Source: Candidatus Omnitrophota bacterium (GTDB lineage: Bacteria; Omnitrophota; Gorgyraeia; JAFGGP01). From it: 64,000 nucleotides of DNA. How positions within the stretch are numbered: position 1 is the first letter of the stretch; each line of letters starts with the position of its first letter. Below the pieces are notes generated by a model. The model was not told the origin of the DNA, ran no database searches, and was given only the letters and a program-made list of their open reading frames with translations. Below, one piece after another: positions 8,017 through 17,045 of this stretch. The position numbers and the translations under genes were made by a program. The DNA lies in the NCBI GenBank assembly GCA_016930485.1, contig JAFGGP010000021.1, positions 12,452 through 76,451 on the forward strand, written 5' to 3'.

Positions 8017-8036
8017 TACCATACCCCCCTATGGTA
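8017..8036. promoter_or_regulatory. CsoR/RcnR type-1-like operator
   Basis: TACCATA-CCCCCC-TATGGTA has perfect 7-bp inverted arms around a C6 tract. It lies 24-43 nt upstream of the csoR start. Confidence 0.65.
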
Positions 8037-8517
8037 TGTCAATGATAATCATGGCTGGTTCATAAAAGGGCGGGGCAGTAATTTATGTAACTATACTAAT
8101 TTAATTTGTTAACAAAAAATAACAGATTTTTTAAAAAAGAGCTCATATAGCCATTTTTCATATACCCTACCTTAACTGCCAGGATGTAGGCTCGTAGTTT
8201 ACCAGTGATCTCTGTCTCATCGAAGCCGCCTATCATAACGCTTATCCTGTTCAGGTCTGCAGTGGATCGATTCAAAAACAGACTCATTCTGCCGGTGGGA
8301 TAGCCTGGGCTCCTGGCAAGAAAACAGCGCCCTTGCTTAAACAGAACCGGCTTTCCGAAAGATGGAATAACAGGGATAGCCGTGTAAAAATTGCCGCAGC
8401 ATCACAGCATTAAGTTCTCGCTTGCAGTTAGGGAAAATACATACTACAATGACACCTGTTGCCCCCGATAAAAAGTCGTTTGTTGCGGGGCCAAAATCGT
8501 AAACCCGAGGAATATAC

Positions 8518-9582
8518 ATGCCACACACACTGAAACTCGACAGCCCATCGATTTTTATCGGCAAACAGGGAAATGGTGTTATCAGCTTTGGTTCGGGTCA
8601 GCCTGATCTGCCGCCGCCGAAGGAGGCCATAGAGGGCATTGATATCCGTAAGGACCTCAGGTACGGCCTGATTCAGGGGGAGCGCTCCCTGCGTGAGGCC
8701 CTCTCAAAGGAATACCCCAATTCTACCGCAGAGAACTTTGTCATCACCAACGGCGCTTCTGAGGCCCTTGACCTGATATTCCGGGCCTGGGGAAAAGGAA
8801 AGGTGCTCCTGCCCCGGCCCTATTACTACTCCTATCCCCCGATTATAAAACTTGCCGGGATGGAGCCGGTCTATACCGATCTGGTGGGCGGCCGGATTGA
8901 TTTGGACGATTTTAAAAAGAAAATAAAAAAGTGCCGGGCCGTCCTGATTAATTCGCCGTCAAACCCCACCGGGCGGATCGAGCTGATAGAAACACTCAAA
9001 GAAATAGAAAGGATCACTTCAAAGCTCGGCGTATACGTGGTCTCCGATGAGGTCTATAAAGACCTTATCTACGAACGCGAGAATTACCACATCCAGGGAG
9101 ACCACGTCATTACAGTCAATTCATTCTCCAAAACCTATGCCATGTGCGGGGTGCGTGTAGGATACCTCTGGAGCAGTGATCAGAGTATCGCCGATAAGGT
9201 TATCGAACTGAAAACGCACACGTCGATGAATACTAATCTCGTCGGGCAGGATATGGCACTCCGTGCAATGGCTGCCCCGCGGGAATACATCCTGAACCAG
9301 CAGCAAATCTGGCGCGGGCGCCGCGACCTCATCTATAAGGGGATATCAGAACTCGGCTTCGAGGTATGGAAGCCCGAGGGGGCGTTCTACATCCTGCCCA
9401 AGTGTAAAAATGCCCGTGAGTTTCTCACGACACTGTACTGTGACTATAAGGTCATTGCCTATCTCGGTGAGTGGTTCGGTGCACCGGACCACATACGCCT
9501 GAGTTATGCGCTGGATGCCAAAGAGATCGAGGAGGGACTGGGACGCATAACAGAGGCAATGAAGAAAGTGCGGTGTCTGTAA
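8518..9582 (+). CDS. pyridoxal-phosphate-dependent aminotransferase (class I/II, aspartate aminotransferase-like)
   Basis: INSPSNPTG and the SFSKTYAMCGVRVGY PLP-lysine motif. Confidence 0.9.
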   Translation: MPHTLKLDSPSIFIGKQGNGVISFGSGQPDLPPPKEAIEGIDIRKDLRYGLIQGERSLREALSKEYPNSTAENFVITNGASEALDLIFRAWGKGKVLLPRPYYYSYPPIIKLAGMEPVYTDLVGGRIDLDDFKKKIKKCRAVLINSPSNPTGRIELIETLKEIERITSKLGVYVVSDEVYKDLIYERENYHIQGDHVITVNSFSKTYAMCGVRVGYLWSSDQSIADKVIELKTHTSMNTNLVGQDMALRAMAAPREYILNQQQIWRGRRDLIYKGISELGFEVWKPEGAFYILPKCKNAREFLTTLYCDYKVIAYLGEWFGAPDHIRLSYALDAKEIEEGLGRITEAMKKVRCL

Positions 9583-9597
9583 GGTTTTTCTATCAGG

Positions 9598-9636
9598 CAA
9601 AAAAGGGGCAGCGGTAAAATCCGCTGTCCCTTTTCT
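9598..9636. terminator. bidirectional hairpin terminator between convergent genes
   Basis: AAAAAA-GGGGCAGCGG-TAAAAT-CCGCTGTCCC-TTTT. Confidence 0.7.
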
Positions 9637-9657
9637 ATTGTGCCTAACCAATAATCT

Positions 9658-10215
9658 TTATGTAATTACTTTGGCCAGAAACTGCGCGAAGACCCCCGCA
9701 AGAGGCGGAAAAATCAGGACGCTCAGGAAGCGGATCAGCGTTAACCGCCACCCCAGAATGCCCACTTCCATCGGCAGTCTGTTCACTGCCCACAACGACC
9801 AGCCGGTCAAAAACGCCACCATAGTCCCTGCGCCGGCACCTGAGCGTATTAATCCGGCCGCGATCGGCAGGCTCACATAGGGGCCACCGGGGGCAAGTGC
9901 ACCCGCGACGGTGCCGATCCATATGCCCCGCATGCCCGATGTCTCGCCGATCCACTTTGCGAGCGCCTCACCCGGCAAAAGGACCTGTACCATCCCCGCG
10001 ACAATAAAGGCGAAGATAAGAAGCGGCAGGATCTCGAGGGTCATTCCAAATGCCAGCTTCATTCCGTATGGGTGCTGTCCCTTCGCATACGCCACTCCTG
10101 TCAATACAATAGCCAGTATAACCATGATGCCGGTAGGAATAAACATGTGTGCTTTTCTCCCCGTTATCTTTGAATAAGTGTTGGTGTGTGGTGCCTTCCC
10201 CATGAATTTTGTCAT
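9658..10215 (-). CDS. polytopic membrane permease (family uncertain, DUF318/ArsP-like)
   Basis: About five hydrophobic segments. RBS AAAGGTGA. It starts 15 nt after the ZIP gene stop, so it is probably co-transcribed. Confidence 0.55.
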   Translation of the reverse strand: MTKFMGKAPHTNTYSKITGRKAHMFIPTGIMVILAIVLTGVAYAKGQHPYGMKLAFGMTLEILPLLIFAFIVAGMVQVLLPGEALAKWIGETSGMRGIWIGTVAGALAPGGPYVSLPIAAGLIRSGAGAGTMVAFLTGWSLWAVNRLPMEVGILGWRLTLIRFLSVLIFPPLAGVFAQFLAKVIT

Positions 10216-10230
10216 GCTATCACCTTTCCC

Positions 10231-11043
10231 CTATCCAAACGCCACATCGAGTATCATCATAACCAGAAATCCCAGTATCGCCCCGGCTGTAGCCAGATCC
10301 GTATTGCCGTTACGCTGTGACTCGGGGATGACCTCTTCGACCACCACAAAAATCATCGCCCCGGCGGCAAAGGCAAGGGCATACGGCAGAAGCGGCCTGG
10401 CCAGAAGCACAGCACCTGCCCCGATAACACTCGCAATGGGCTCAACCACGGCGGAGAGCTGCCCGTACCAGAAGCTTTTGAAACGCGTTATCCCCTCACG
10501 GCGAAGCGGCACGGATACGGCAAAGCCCTCGGGAAAATTTTGAATGCCTATCCCTATAGCCAGAGTCACCGCCGCAGCAACGGTTGCCGAAGGAAGGCCT
10601 GCCGCGGCCGCACCGAAGGCAACACCGATGGCAAGGCCCTCGGGGATATTGTGCAGGGTTATTGCCAGGACAAGGAGGGTGCTTTGCCGCCACGACGTCT
10701 TTATGCCCTCCGCCTCATCCCGGGGAAATCCAATGTGAAGGTGTGGCAAGATGTTATCAAGCAAGCGCAAAAATGCGGCCCCCAGCAAAAACCCTGCCGC
10801 CGCCGGAAACCACTGCCCGATTGTGTTTCCTTCGGACATCGCAATAGCCGGCCCCAGGAGCGACCAGAAACTCGCTGCTATCATCACCCCTCCCGCAAAG
10901 CCGAGCATGGCATCAAGAACCCTCTGGTTGAATGTCCCTGAGGTAAATACAGCCGCCGCACCGCAGGCGGTAATGCCCCAGGTAAAGATACCCGCCAGGA
11001 GTGCCTGCATAACAGGATTATACCGCTCGAGAAAATGTATCAT
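10231..11043 (-). CDS. zupT: ZIP-family divalent metal transporter (ZupT-like)
   Basis: [10 protein letters not shown] and [10 protein letters not shown] signature helices. I start it at Met 11043 ([10 protein letters not shown]), giving about 270 aa as in ZupT. Confidence 0.88.
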   Translation of the reverse strand: MIHFLERYNPVMQALLAGIFTWGITACGAAAVFTSGTFNQRVLDAMLGFAGGVMIAASFWSLLGPAIAMSEGNTIGQWFPAAAGFLLGAAFLRLLDNILPHLHIGFPRDEAEGIKTSWRQSTLLVLAITLHNIPEGLAIGVAFGAAAAGLPSATVAAAVTLAIGIGIQNFPEGFAVSVPLRREGITRFKSFWYGQLSAVVEPIASVIGAGAVLLARPLLPYALAFAAGAMIFVVVEEVIPESQRNGNTDLATAGAILGFLVMMILDVAFG

Positions 11044-11340
11044 GCGCGTTTTTCGTCTGAGATAACGAACCGTCTGCATCAAAGCAATAGCGGCGACCAT
11101 CCGCCGCATATCCGATTCTATTATAGGACGGCCGCTATCCGGAAATCAAGGCTACATTGGAAAGTCGAAAATAAAAAGCACCATAAAGAATGTTCTTCAT
11201 AGTGCTACGCACACTCCTATCTCTTTCCCCAGAACTAACGGGCAATATCACCTGTCTATGTTCGACCAAAAGGTCGACGTTCTTTTTTTATCCCTTTCAG
11301 GCCTACCTTTGGCCCCCGTCCTTTCCTTTCATATCTTCTT

Positions 11341-11640
11341 TTATTTCTGCTTCACTTTAAGCTCGGTCCCGTCATACGGGCAGTACTGCGTGCCGGACGT
11401 AAAAGACCGGCCGCAGGTTGGGCAGAACTTCGTTGCCGCCTGTTCGCCGATTAAGGCCCCGCCTGCCGCGCCCCCCGCGGCACCTATCATAGCGCCTTCT
11501 GCAGTATGGCCTGACTGGTGCCCGATAATCGCACCCGCCCCCGCGCCTATGGCGCTTCCTATCCCGGCGCCCTTCTGTGTAGTCGTACAGCCGGTAATAA
11601 CCAGCAGTACCAGCACTAGCAGCGCAAATGAGTGTTTCAT
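11341..11640 (-). CDS. glycine-zipper lipoprotein with C-terminal CxxC...CxxD ribbon
   Basis: Lipobox LVITGC, GxxxG-rich stretch GAGIGSAIGAGAGAIIG, and tail FCPTCGRSFTSGTQYCPYDG. Confidence 0.75.
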   Translation of the reverse strand: MKHSFALLVLVLLVITGCTTTQKGAGIGSAIGAGAGAIIGHQSGHTAEGAMIGAAGGAAGGALIGEQAATKFCPTCGRSFTSGTQYCPYDGTELKVKQK

Positions 11641-11646
11641 AGTACA

Positions 11647-12714
11647 CTACCTCCTTTTCTTCTCAGGTTTTGCCGCCTTCCCGTTAACAGCGGACAGGGC
11701 GTGCACCCCGTTTTCGTACAGGACGATTTTATTCCTGCCCTGTCTCTTTGCCGAATAAAGGGCCTTATCCGCATCGGCTATCAAGTTTTCCTTCGTTATC
11801 GTTTTACTGGAACACCAGTTAATCCCGCCGCTTATGGTAATCCTGATCTTCTTTCCGTCTATATCAAAATCGGCGTCCGATATTTTTTTTCTTATCCTTT
11901 CCGCGATAACAAACGCCTCCTGTTTTTTTGATTCCGGCAGAATAACGGCAAACTCTTCTCCTCCATATCGAAATACCGCATCGCAATAGCGCACGCTTTT
12001 CTTCAAGGTATCAGCGACATTCTTCAACATATCATCTCCGAACAGATGCCCGAATCTGTCATTGACTTTCTTGAAGTGGTCAATATCAAAAATGACGATG
12101 GATAAAGGACGTTTATAGCGCCTGCTTCTTGCCAGCTCAAAACCCAGGCTCTCGTAAAAATATCTCTGATTGTAGCAGCCGGTTAATTCATCTTTTATTG
12201 AAAGCTCCTTGAGTCTTACATTAATCTGCTGAATTTCTCCTATATAGTTATCAATCTTTTCGATGAGGCGCTGATGATAGGCCTCTGATAATTCAAAAAG
12301 CGTATCCATCAAAATATGGTGTGCGGTCTCCAAAATAAAGACCGCGTTCTCCCTTCTGGCATCCCATTTTTCGAACGCGATCTTTATGACGTCATAAAAA
12401 GAATAATATGCCCTCTGCACCTCGGAGAGCCCGAATCCCTGTGAACTGCGAAGGGAACTGATCTTTTTGATAAACATCCGCAGGCTTAAAAAATTTCCTT
12501 TTTCCAAAATCTCGCAAAAGGCATCTAAAAATTCACCGCACAGATCAAATAACTCGGCCGTGTCTACGCCGCTATAACTCCCTCCCAGGGACTTGATGCA
12601 ACCGACCCATGTCGGCAGAAGCTCCCCCTTTTCCGATAAAATAAACTCTGCCGCCTCTTTTTGGAGTGTCACGACATCGTTGTTTATACTCTTACCATTC
12701 ACAAACCTTTCCAT
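11647..12714 (-). CDS. diguanylate cyclase (GGDEF domain, N-terminal sensor of unknown type)
   Basis: RYGGEEF active site, plus RxxD-like RSRRYKRPL upstream. Confidence 0.9.
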   Translation of the reverse strand: MERFVNGKSINNDVVTLQKEAAEFILSEKGELLPTWVGCIKSLGGSYSGVDTAELFDLCGEFLDAFCEILEKGNFLSLRMFIKKISSLRSSQGFGLSEVQRAYYSFYDVIKIAFEKWDARRENAVFILETAHHILMDTLFELSEAYHQRLIEKIDNYIGEIQQINVRLKELSIKDELTGCYNQRYFYESLGFELARSRRYKRPLSIVIFDIDHFKKVNDRFGHLFGDDMLKNVADTLKKSVRYCDAVFRYGGEEFAVILPESKKQEAFVIAERIRKKISDADFDIDGKKIRITISGGINWCSSKTITKENLIADADKALYSAKRQGRNKIVLYENGVHALSAVNGKAAKPEKKRR

Positions 12715-12755
12715 AGCCGTTCCTTTTTTTTGAAGACTGCATCACGCGTGAATCT

Positions 12756-13244
12756 TCACTCGTAATAACTGCTCAGTTTTGTCCATGTCTCTTTACCGAC
12801 AATGCCGTCGCTCTTTAAGTTGTTTGCCCTTTGAAAATCCATAATCGCCTTTTGTGTATTTTTCCCAATCTTGCCGTCGATAGGACCTTCGTAGAATTTG
12901 GCCTTCTGCAGCGCCTTTTGAATCTGAACAGGCGTGGGTTTCGGGTTCTCGTTCTTTACATTCTGTGATGTCTTGTTATTAAAAAATAAAACTTTTTTCT
13001 CCTTTTCCTTTGCAAGCTCGAGCCGGGTTCTTTCCAGCTCGTCCTGTGTATCGTCCAGCCTTTCAGACAGATAACCTACCTCGGCATTTTTCCGCTCTAA
13101 CTGACTCTCGAGCGAGCCGACCCGTGTGCGCAACTGCTGCACCTGCAGGTCGGCCATATCGCTTTTAGAGGCTGTTGCGCAGCCCCCTAATACTAGAATC
13201 AGCATAAGGAAAAATACACATAGTAGCAAAAAGTTCAAGCGCAT
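12756..13244 (-). CDS. lipoprotein with coiled coil and a peptidoglycan-binding (PG_binding_1) domain
   Basis: Lipobox LVLGGC. The C-terminus is YEGPIDGKIGKNTQKAIMDFQRANNLKSDGIVGKETW. Confidence 0.8.
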   Translation of the reverse strand: MRLNFLLLCVFFLMLILVLGGCATASKSDMADLQVQQLRTRVGSLESQLERKNAEVGYLSERLDDTQDELERTRLELAKEKEKKVLFFNNKTSQNVKNENPKPTPVQIQKALQKAKFYEGPIDGKIGKNTQKAIMDFQRANNLKSDGIVGKETWTKLSSYYE

Positions 13245-13263
13245 AATCCTCTCCTCTCCGTAT

Positions 13264-13908
13264 TTAACCCCGCTCCTTTGGGAAATATTTGCTTAATTCC
13301 TTCCATGTCTCCCGGCCGATAATGCCGTCCGCCTTTAACCCCTTTGATTTCTGAAAAGCGGCTACTGCCCTTCTGGTTTTTCCTCCCATTTTTCCGTCGA
13401 TTGCCCCCGGGTCAAATCCTAGATTCTTTAACGCCTGCTGTATCTTCTTAATCCACAGAGGGGATTCGAGATAGGATTTCGTAAACGCGATCTCGGATTC
13501 CGCTGTTTTTGCTGCCGGCGTGCCGGCTTTCTGGAAAGATACGGCCGGAATATCTTTATTTAGTTTCGGCTGAAATACTGTTTCTTCCAAGGAGGTCATT
13601 TTTTCCTTTGTTGCGTTGTCGATAAAGCCGCTCGCCTTCAGTTTATTGGCCTTCTGGAACTGTTTGATCGCCTCTCTCGTCTGCCAGCCCATCCTCCCGT
13701 CGGTTTCCCCGGGGTTAAAGCCTGCCTTTTTTAATACCCACTGTATTGTCTCTATCTTTGGATCATAGTCACGTAGGGCGCCAAAAATCTTTTTCTCTTC
13801 CTTTGCCTCCTTTCCAAAGCCGTTCAATGAGCCGCATCCTGCAATAAAAAATGATGCGATAAGTACCACTATATAAAAATACCTGCTTTTATAAGAAATG
13901 TTTATCAT
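13264..13908 (-). CDS. lipoprotein with two peptidoglycan-binding (PG_binding_1) repeats
   Basis: Lipobox FFIAGC. The repeats are NPGETDGRMGWQTREAIKQFQKANKLKASG and DPGAIDGKMGGKTRRAVAAFQKSKGLKADG. Confidence 0.8.
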   Translation of the reverse strand: MINISYKSRYFYIVVLIASFFIAGCGSLNGFGKEAKEEKKIFGALRDYDPKIETIQWVLKKAGFNPGETDGRMGWQTREAIKQFQKANKLKASGFIDNATKEKMTSLEETVFQPKLNKDIPAVSFQKAGTPAAKTAESEIAFTKSYLESPLWIKKIQQALKNLGFDPGAIDGKMGGKTRRAVAAFQKSKGLKADGIIGRETWKELSKYFPKERG

Positions 13909-14308
13909 CGTCGCACCCCTCCTTTCTTTCGAGGTATCTGGTAATTTTTCTTAAAATCATCTCTTTCTCAAAAGTGTTATATACGTAATCGGATATGCCC
14001 AATCTTTCCATCATTCCGGAATGTAAGGATTCGCACCCTGAAAGAATAAGAATGATCGGTGCCCGGGGATGCCTCCTCCTCACATGCTCTATCACCCCTA
14101 ATGCCGCCGCCTTGCTAATGTCGCCATTCATCAGTAGCAGATCCGGGCGGACCTCTTCGAGAACCGCTCGGGCGTCAAAGCTGAAGACGCAAATAAGCTC
14201 TACAGCTTCATCTCTGAATATGTCTTTCATCCTGCCAGCGAAAAGCCCTGTCTCGCTATCAATGAATATAATATTACGCCGCTGGGTGTCGAGTATCATA
14301 GTGATCAC
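13889..14308 (-). CDS. receiver-like (pseudo-receiver) domain protein
   Basis: REC-like fold pattern IIFIDSE...PDLLLMNGD...IILILSG. The expected phospho-Asp position aligns with Asn. Confidence 0.65.
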   Translation of the reverse strand: MITMILDTQRRNIIFIDSETGLFAGRMKDIFRDEAVELICVFSFDARAVLEEVRPDLLLMNGDISKAAALGVIEHVRRRHPRAPIILILSGCESLHSGMMERLGISDYVYNTFEKEMILRKITRYLERKEGCDDDKHFL

Positions 14309-14343
14309 TGATGCCTTTGCTCCGAACTAGGCAGAGGCAATGG

Positions 14344-14721
14344 CTATAAAAAACTATTCCCTGTTGAGCCGTTGTCTAAAACTTCCTTTATCCGGAGAAG
14401 CAATTCTTCGATCCCGTATGATTTATCGTAATAACCGTCAGCGCCTTCGATCATCCGTTTCTGTTCGGTCAACGGGCACACGCTGGCCACGATAACCCTG
14501 GTTTTTCTGTGAAATAACTGAATAATATCGTACATTTCACCCCCGTCTATCTCCGGCATTTTTATATCAAGCAATACAAGGTCGATGTTTCTTTTCTTCA
14601 GCATCTCATAGGCATCCGCCACATTCGATGCCTCACAGGTTTCATATCCTTCGCCCTTCAATAATCCGGAATAAACAGATCTTATTTTCCGTTCATCATC
14701 AACGATAAGGATGTTGGTCAC
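14344..14721 (-). CDS. single-domain response regulator (CheY-like)
   Basis: ILIVDDE...DLVLLDIKMPEIDG and a conserved Lys region. Confidence 0.9.
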   Translation of the reverse strand: MTNILIVDDERKIRSVYSGLLKGEGYETCEASNVADAYEMLKKRNIDLVLLDIKMPEIDGGEMYDIIQLFHRKTRVIVASVCPLTEQKRMIEGADGYYDKSYGIEELLLRIKEVLDNGSTGNSFL

Positions 14722-14865
14722 TGTGCCCTCCTATAGTTGTGTCAGCTTAAGTATACAAAAGAGAACATTAGGGGAAGATTAAAATAGGATTAAAAGCTTC
14801 TAATCGCACAACCTGCTGTGAATAAATAAGATAGAAAAATATAGGGGTTGCCGTCTCTGGGGAAG

Positions 14866-16344
14866 TTACTGAATGGGAAGTGTGGCCGTAAAGCGCGATC
14901 CTCCGGCAGGCCGGCTTTCGACCGTAATCTTTCCGTGATGAATCCCGGCAATTAATTGGGCTATATGCAGGCCCAGGCCCGTGCCCTGCCGGTCCTGTCC
15001 GGTTCTGTCTTTGTGAAAAAATCTGTTAAAAATCCTCGGAAGGTCCTCCTCGGCGATACCGATACCCGTATCGGATACAGACACTACCGCTTTTGTATCT
15101 TCTTCCCGGATAACTATGTCTAATTGCCCGCCCGAAGGGGTGAACTTAAGGGCGTTATTGATGATATTAAAGAAAAGCCTGCGCAAATGGAGTCTGTCGC
15201 CGTTAATAAAAAGTGGCTTCTGAGATACGAAGAGGGCTGTGGCAATATTTTTTTCGGATGCCAGAATTCTGCTTTGATCGTATATCTCCTGTATAAACTC
15301 GTTTAACTCAATCTTTTCAAAATGAAAAAGTTCCAGTTGATAATCGAGCCGGGCCAAAAGCAGCATGTTCTCTATGGTCTTAAGCATCCTTTTTATCTCT
15401 TCGAGATTATTCTCGATTATTTTTTTGTATTCCTCGGCAGGTCTTTCTCTCCTGAGGGCAACCTCGGATTCCCCCCTTATTATCGCAAGCGGGGTCTTTA
15501 ACTCGTGCGCCACGTGAGAACTGAATTCAGCAATATAGTTAAAGGAATTTTCAAGCCTTGAGATCATATCATTGAAGGCCTCTACCAAATACTGCATTTC
15601 TTCATCGATATGCTCTGTCTTAACTCTTGCCTCTAAATTCTGGTGGGTAATATGCTGCGCTGTCCTGGTGAGCTCGATAACGGGCTTGAGTATCCGGGCG
15701 ACCAGTATTCTGCCTATAAAACTGGCAAGTAACAAAACAACAGGAATGCTCACTGCAATATGAAACAGCCTGTTCTGCAATATATGCATAAGAGGCTTAA
15801 GCGACGTCCCGATCTGCAGCATATACTCTTCCTGCCCCCCATAGGAGAAATGAGTATTGACAACCCGGAGTTTTTGCTTTTGCAGGTTTGCGTTCTTAAA
15901 ATATATCTCTTTATTTCTTGCCTTGCTGATATCTTTTGCAAAAACGGACACAACATCTTGAGACACGTTGGAAGACCTGACAATTGATTCGCCTTTATAA
16001 TTCGAAAAATTAATATAATCTTCCTTCAAGTCATATTTGTCCACCTTCTGAAACCAGAGATTTTCGATCTCTTTTAGTTTGCTCTCATTCGATAACTCCT
16101 CCTTAAAGTGAATGAGGGCGTCCATGATGTCGATTAAAGGCTGCTTCTCATCCCCGGCTGCCTGGGCATACATCTTAATTATGTTTTCGATCTCTGTTGC
16201 CTTTTTCTGCAGTTCATTGTCGAGCTCGTCGTAGAGGGTGTAATGCAGGCTGGCAAAAAGAATGCCGCTGTACAGGACTAAAATAATACCAAGTATCGCC
16301 ACATACAAAATGCTGATCTTAAACTTGATGGAATTCAGCCTCAT
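14866..16344 (-). CDS. sensor histidine kinase (two TM segments, HAMP, HisKA, HATPase_c)
   Basis: H-box FSSHVAHELKTPL, N-box NNALKFT, G-boxes DTGIGI and GTGLGL. Confidence 0.9.
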   Translation of the reverse strand: MRLNSIKFKISILYVAILGIILVLYSGILFASLHYTLYDELDNELQKKATEIENIIKMYAQAAGDEKQPLIDIMDALIHFKEELSNESKLKEIENLWFQKVDKYDLKEDYINFSNYKGESIVRSSNVSQDVVSVFAKDISKARNKEIYFKNANLQKQKLRVVNTHFSYGGQEEYMLQIGTSLKPLMHILQNRLFHIAVSIPVVLLLASFIGRILVARILKPVIELTRTAQHITHQNLEARVKTEHIDEEMQYLVEAFNDMISRLENSFNYIAEFSSHVAHELKTPLAIIRGESEVALRRERPAEEYKKIIENNLEEIKRMLKTIENMLLLARLDYQLELFHFEKIELNEFIQEIYDQSRILASEKNIATALFVSQKPLFINGDRLHLRRLFFNIINNALKFTPSGGQLDIVIREEDTKAVVSVSDTGIGIAEEDLPRIFNRFFHKDRTGQDRQGTGLGLHIAQLIAGIHHGKITVESRPAGGSRFTATLPIQ

Positions 16345-16347
16345 ATA

Positions 16348-17016
16348 TTAGCCTTTTAACATATAACCGGTACCGCGAACAGAATGGATAAGCTGCACAT
16401 CGAAGCCCCTGTCGATCTTGTTACGGAGATAATTAATATACACGTCGATAACGTTAGTGAAACTGTCGAAGTCCTCGTTCCATACGTGTTCCGAGATCAT
16501 GGTCCTGGTAACTACCTGCCCCGCGTTCAGCATCAGGTATTCAAGAAGTGCGTATTCTTTGGCAGTAAGTACCATTTCCCTGCCGGAGCGTTTCACCTGA
16601 TGTGTGATCTGATTTAATTCCAAATCCGCTGTCTTCAGTGTGGTCAGTTTATCCTGCTGCTGCCGCCGAAGCAGGGCGCGTATCCTCGCCAGAAGCTCCT
16701 CAAAAGCAAACGGCTTGGTTAGATAGTCGTCGGCCCCTGCATTCAGTCCCGAAACCTTGTCCCGTGTGGTTCCCTTTGCGGTGAGCATCAAAAGAGGGGT
16801 ATTGATATTTTTATTTCTGAGTTCCTTGCATATGACAAGCCCGTCCTTGTCGGGCAGCATAAGATCTAATATGATCAGGTCATACGGATTGACCTCGGCC
16901 AGAAAAAGACCCTGCTCCCCGTCCGGGACCGTATCAACCGTATAGTTTTCTTCTTTTAATCCGCGCTCGATAAAAGCCGCTATTTTCTTTTCATCTTCTA
17001 TGAGTAAAATTCTCAT
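16348..17016 (-). CDS. OmpR-family response regulator
   Basis: MRILLIEDE...LIILDLMLPDKDG plus the winged-helix end LIHSVRGTGYML. I use the Met at 17016, preceded by AAGGGG. Confidence 0.9.
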   Translation of the reverse strand: MRILLIEDEKKIAAFIERGLKEENYTVDTVPDGEQGLFLAEVNPYDLIILDLMLPDKDGLVICKELRNKNINTPLLMLTAKGTTRDKVSGLNAGADDYLTKPFAFEELLARIRALLRRQQQDKLTTLKTADLELNQITHQVKRSGREMVLTAKEYALLEYLMLNAGQVVTRTMISEHVWNEDFDSFTNVIDVYINYLRNKIDRGFDVQLIHSVRGTGYMLKG

Positions 17017-17045
17017 AACAGGGTGCCCCTTTGATAACACCCGTT

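Noticed and set aside
8096-8564. Track ORFs 8096..8287 and 8337..8564 (minus strand) as genes
   Set aside because: They have no RBS and no recognisable domain. One spans an AT-rich low-complexity tract and the other overlaps the start of the well-supported aminotransferase gene. The region is kept only as an unexplained gap in the findings.
9233-9250. TGGCAC...GCAA sigma-54-like string on the plus strand
   Set aside because: The GG-to-GC spacing is two nucleotides short of the -24/-12 consensus, and it lies inside the aminotransferase coding region.
10496-11065. Cluster of five or more overlapping ORFs on both strands inside the ZIP transporter gene
   Set aside because: They are GC-rich frame shadows rich in R, P, A and G. 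The 10231..11043 frame carries the diagnostic [10 protein letters not shown] and [10 protein letters not shown] motifs.
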